NCBI GenBank assembly: GCA_965237905.1
Contig: OZ250172.1
Coordinates: 192,001-256,000 of the forward strand
Direction: 5' to 3'
DNA length: 64,000 bases
Source of the DNA: Nitrospinaceae bacterium
Lineage (GTDB): Bacteria > Nitrospinota > Nitrospinia > Nitrospinales > Nitrospinaceae
Shown here in pieces: positions 62,099 through 64,000 of the stretch. Every line of letters starts with the position of its first letter. Positions within the stretch are counted from its first letter, which is position 1. The notes under the pieces were generated by a model. That model was not told where the DNA came from, made no database searches, and saw only the letters and a program-made list of their open reading frames with translations. The position numbers and the translations under genes are program-made.

Positions 62099-62536
62099 AT
62101 GAAATTCCTTTGCATACCCTGCGACGAGCAAATGGCAACGCAGGCCGACGGCATCATGCCGAAGGAAAAAAACAGCATTACCCTGAAATTTAAATGCAAA
62201 AAATGCGGGCATATGATCGCCATGCTGACCAATAAATTTGAAACCGAATTCGTTAGCAAACTGGGTGTGGAAGCAGGCGGTCCGTCCGAGCATGCCGATA
62301 CGCCGTTCGGCATGATGGGTGCCACATTGGCCAAGGGTAAGGAAGAACTAAAAAATGCCGCCCCTGCAGAAGAGGATTTCGAGTGGACGCAGGAAGCGAA
62401 GGATCGCATTCAGAAAGTACCCTTCTTCGTAAGGGGCATGGCCAAGAGGACTGTGCTGAGCTTCGCCAAAGATAGAGGCATCAAGGTCATCGACGGCGCA
62501 TTGATGGACGAAGTCCGCGACAAGGTGGGGATGTAA
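62099..62536 (+). CDS. Zn-ribbon plus PCP-reductase C-terminal domain protein
   Basis: CIPC...CKKC; WTQEAKDRIQKVPFFVRGMAKR...FA...G...ID. Confidence 0.8.
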   Translation: MKFLCIPCDEQMATQADGIMPKEKNSITLKFKCKKCGHMIAMLTNKFETEFVSKLGVEAGGPSEHADTPFGMMGATLAKGKEELKNAAPAEEDFEWTQEAKDRIQKVPFFVRGMAKRTVLSFAKDRGIKVIDGALMDEVRDKVGM

Positions 62537-62572
62537 CCGGATTAGATCCAACCAAAACTCTTTACGGAATAC

Positions 62573-62604
62573 AAAAAACCCGGCCCTAAAACCGGGTTTT
62601 TTTA
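62573..62604. terminator. Bidirectional terminator
   Basis: AAAAAACCCGG-CCCTAAAA-CCGGGTTTTTTT between convergent genes. Confidence 0.85.
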
Positions 62605-62618
62605 TTGGGTTAACAATC

Positions 62619-62969
62619 TTATGCGGCGGATTTGGCTTTGCATTCCTCGCACTGGCACAGTTCCCTGAGTAGAGTGTAGGGGTACAATCCCGTGCTGTGG
62701 CCGTCGTTCCAATCGAACTGGATGGCGTAAAGGCCCACGGTTTTGAGGTTGAGGGGACGGATGGTGTCGGGGATCATGCCCGGCTTGATTTTCTTTTCGC
62801 CGGACCATTCGTCGATGCAGTTGGCGCAGGGACACTTCTCCCTCAGCAGTTTCACATGAAAGACCGATTCATGCCCGTCGGTCCACGTGATTCCCAGGGT
62901 GCCTTCATCGATCTGTTTGATATCGCTCGGCGAGGGGCCGTTCGACTCTTCTTGGGTTTCTTCTGCCAT
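62619..62969 (-). CDS. DUF971 (GBBH-like N-terminal) protein
   Basis: ITWTDGHES...LREKCPCANC...VGLYAIQFDWNDGHSTGLY. Confidence 0.9.
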   Translation of the reverse strand: MAEETQEESNGPSPSDIKQIDEGTLGITWTDGHESVFHVKLLREKCPCANCIDEWSGEKKIKPGMIPDTIRPLNLKTVGLYAIQFDWNDGHSTGLYPYTLLRELCQCEECKAKSAA

Positions 62970-63003
62970 TTTTTTTCCTGGAATTAAGGATTAAAGTTTC
63001 GCT

Positions 63004-64000
63004 TCAGCCTTTCCAGGCCAGTTCAAATCCGGCGCCCACCTTCTTGGCTGCCTGTGATTGATTGATACTGATCTGCGCCGCCACCTGTCCTGCCAAATGC
63101 CGATAGGCCTCGCTGGCCGGAGAATCCGGATGACTGAGGGTGATCGGCATCCCCGAATCGCCGCTGGCGACCACATCAGGGATGAGAGGGATTTCTCCCA
63201 GAACCGGGACATTGAACTGCTTGGCCAACTGTTGGCCCGCCCCGGACTGAAAGATGAAATGTTTCTTGTCACACCCGTCACAAACGAAGTAGCTCATGTT
63301 CTCGACCACGCCGAGTACCGGCACTTTCACCTGCTGGAACATTTTCACTCCCTTTTCGGCGTCGATCAGGCTGATCTGCTGAGGCGTCGTCACAATCACC
63401 CCGCCCGATAAGGGAGCGCGCTGGGTGAGGGTCAACTGCACGTCGCCGGTTCCGGGAGGCAGGTCGATCACCAGGTAATCGAGCTCGCCCCATTCCACGT
63501 TCTGAAGGAATTGCTGGATGATGCCTCCCAGCATGGGGCCGCGCAGCATCAGCGGTTGGCCCTCTTCAGTCAAAAACGCGGCAGAAACCACCTTGAGGCC
63601 ATGTTTTTCATGGGGATGGAATTTGTTATCCGCGGCACCTTTGGGCGGTGTGATAGGAATCCCCAGCATTTTGGGAATACTGGGACCGTAAACGTCTCCG
63701 TCCATCAATCCCACCGTCGCGCCGGTCAGGCTTAAGGCGATCGCGAGGTTGGTGCTGACCGTCGATTTACCGACTCCGCCCTTGCCGCTGGCGACCGCTA
63801 TGATGTTCTTCACGCCAGTTAGAATGGGTTGCGAATGTTCGGAAGCACGCACTGTCGCCGTCATATTGACGTCCACCGCCGCCACGCCGTCGATCGCCCC
63901 TACTTTGTCGCTGCATTCGTTTTTCAATTGTTCTTTTACCGGGCAGGCGGGAGTGGTCAACTCCACATCAAACTTCACCTTTCCGCTATCTATATTCAGG
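63004..64000 (-). CDS. Mrp/ApbC Fe-S carrier with N-terminal DUF59 domain (5' end outside window)
   Basis: LTTPACPV, IAVASGKGGVGKST, LRGPM, DLPPGTGD, ENMSYFVCDGC. Confidence 0.93.
   Translation of the reverse strand, partial: LNIDSGKVKFDVELTTPACPVKEQLKNECSDKVGAIDGVAAVDVNMTATVRASEHSQPILTGVKNIIAVASGKGGVGKSTVSTNLAIALSLTGATVGLMDGDVYGPSIPKMLGIPITPPKGAADNKFHPHEKHGLKVVSAAFLTEEGQPLMLRGPMLGGIIQQFLQNVEWGELDYLVIDLPPGTGDVQLTLTQRAPLSGGVIVTTPQQISLIDAEKGVKMFQQVKVPVLGVVENMSYFVCDGCDKKHFIFQSGAGQQLAKQFNVPVLGEIPLIPDVVASGDSGMPITLSHPDSPASEAYRHLAGQVAAQISINQSQAAKKVGAGFELAWKG

Overview
Bacterial chromosomal window, most likely from a Nitrospinota/Nitrospira-like nitrite oxidiser. That assignment is an inference from the bd-like oxidase/diheme cytochrome c pair, the c554 homolog and the many FGE, TPR and ankyrin lipoproteins. 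Most of the window is housekeeping: the yceD-rpmF-plsX-fabH-fabD-fabG-acpP-fabF-rnc cluster, xerD, fbp, hisS, fur, acs, rdgB, rlmN, lpdA, sppA, TRAP dctQM, ogt, recO, ugd, queA, ihf, mtnP-hemL-eno-ftsB, truA-leuB-asd and two Mrp/ApbC paralogs. The standout is a ~7.7 kb accessory island between mtnP and asd (about 49.9-57.6 kb). In it, short co-oriented cargo genes are separated by whole or half copies of a ~115-bp palindromic element (ends AATGTCCGCTTTGGGTCG / CGACCAAAAGCGGAC) that lacks the integron attC consensus. All three half copies break at the same CTTTGA core, and a tyrosine-recombinase remnant lies next to the first half copy. Together these suggest a non-canonical gene-cassette capture system. 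Other notable signals are three candidate structured sRNAs/leaders, a phased DnaA-box array, a CydA-like oxidase paired with duplicated diheme cytochromes c, a c554 homolog with a CX3CH motif and a split HCF101-like Fe-S module. No rRNA, tRNA or CRISPR array was recognised. All calls come from reading the sequence; no searches were run.
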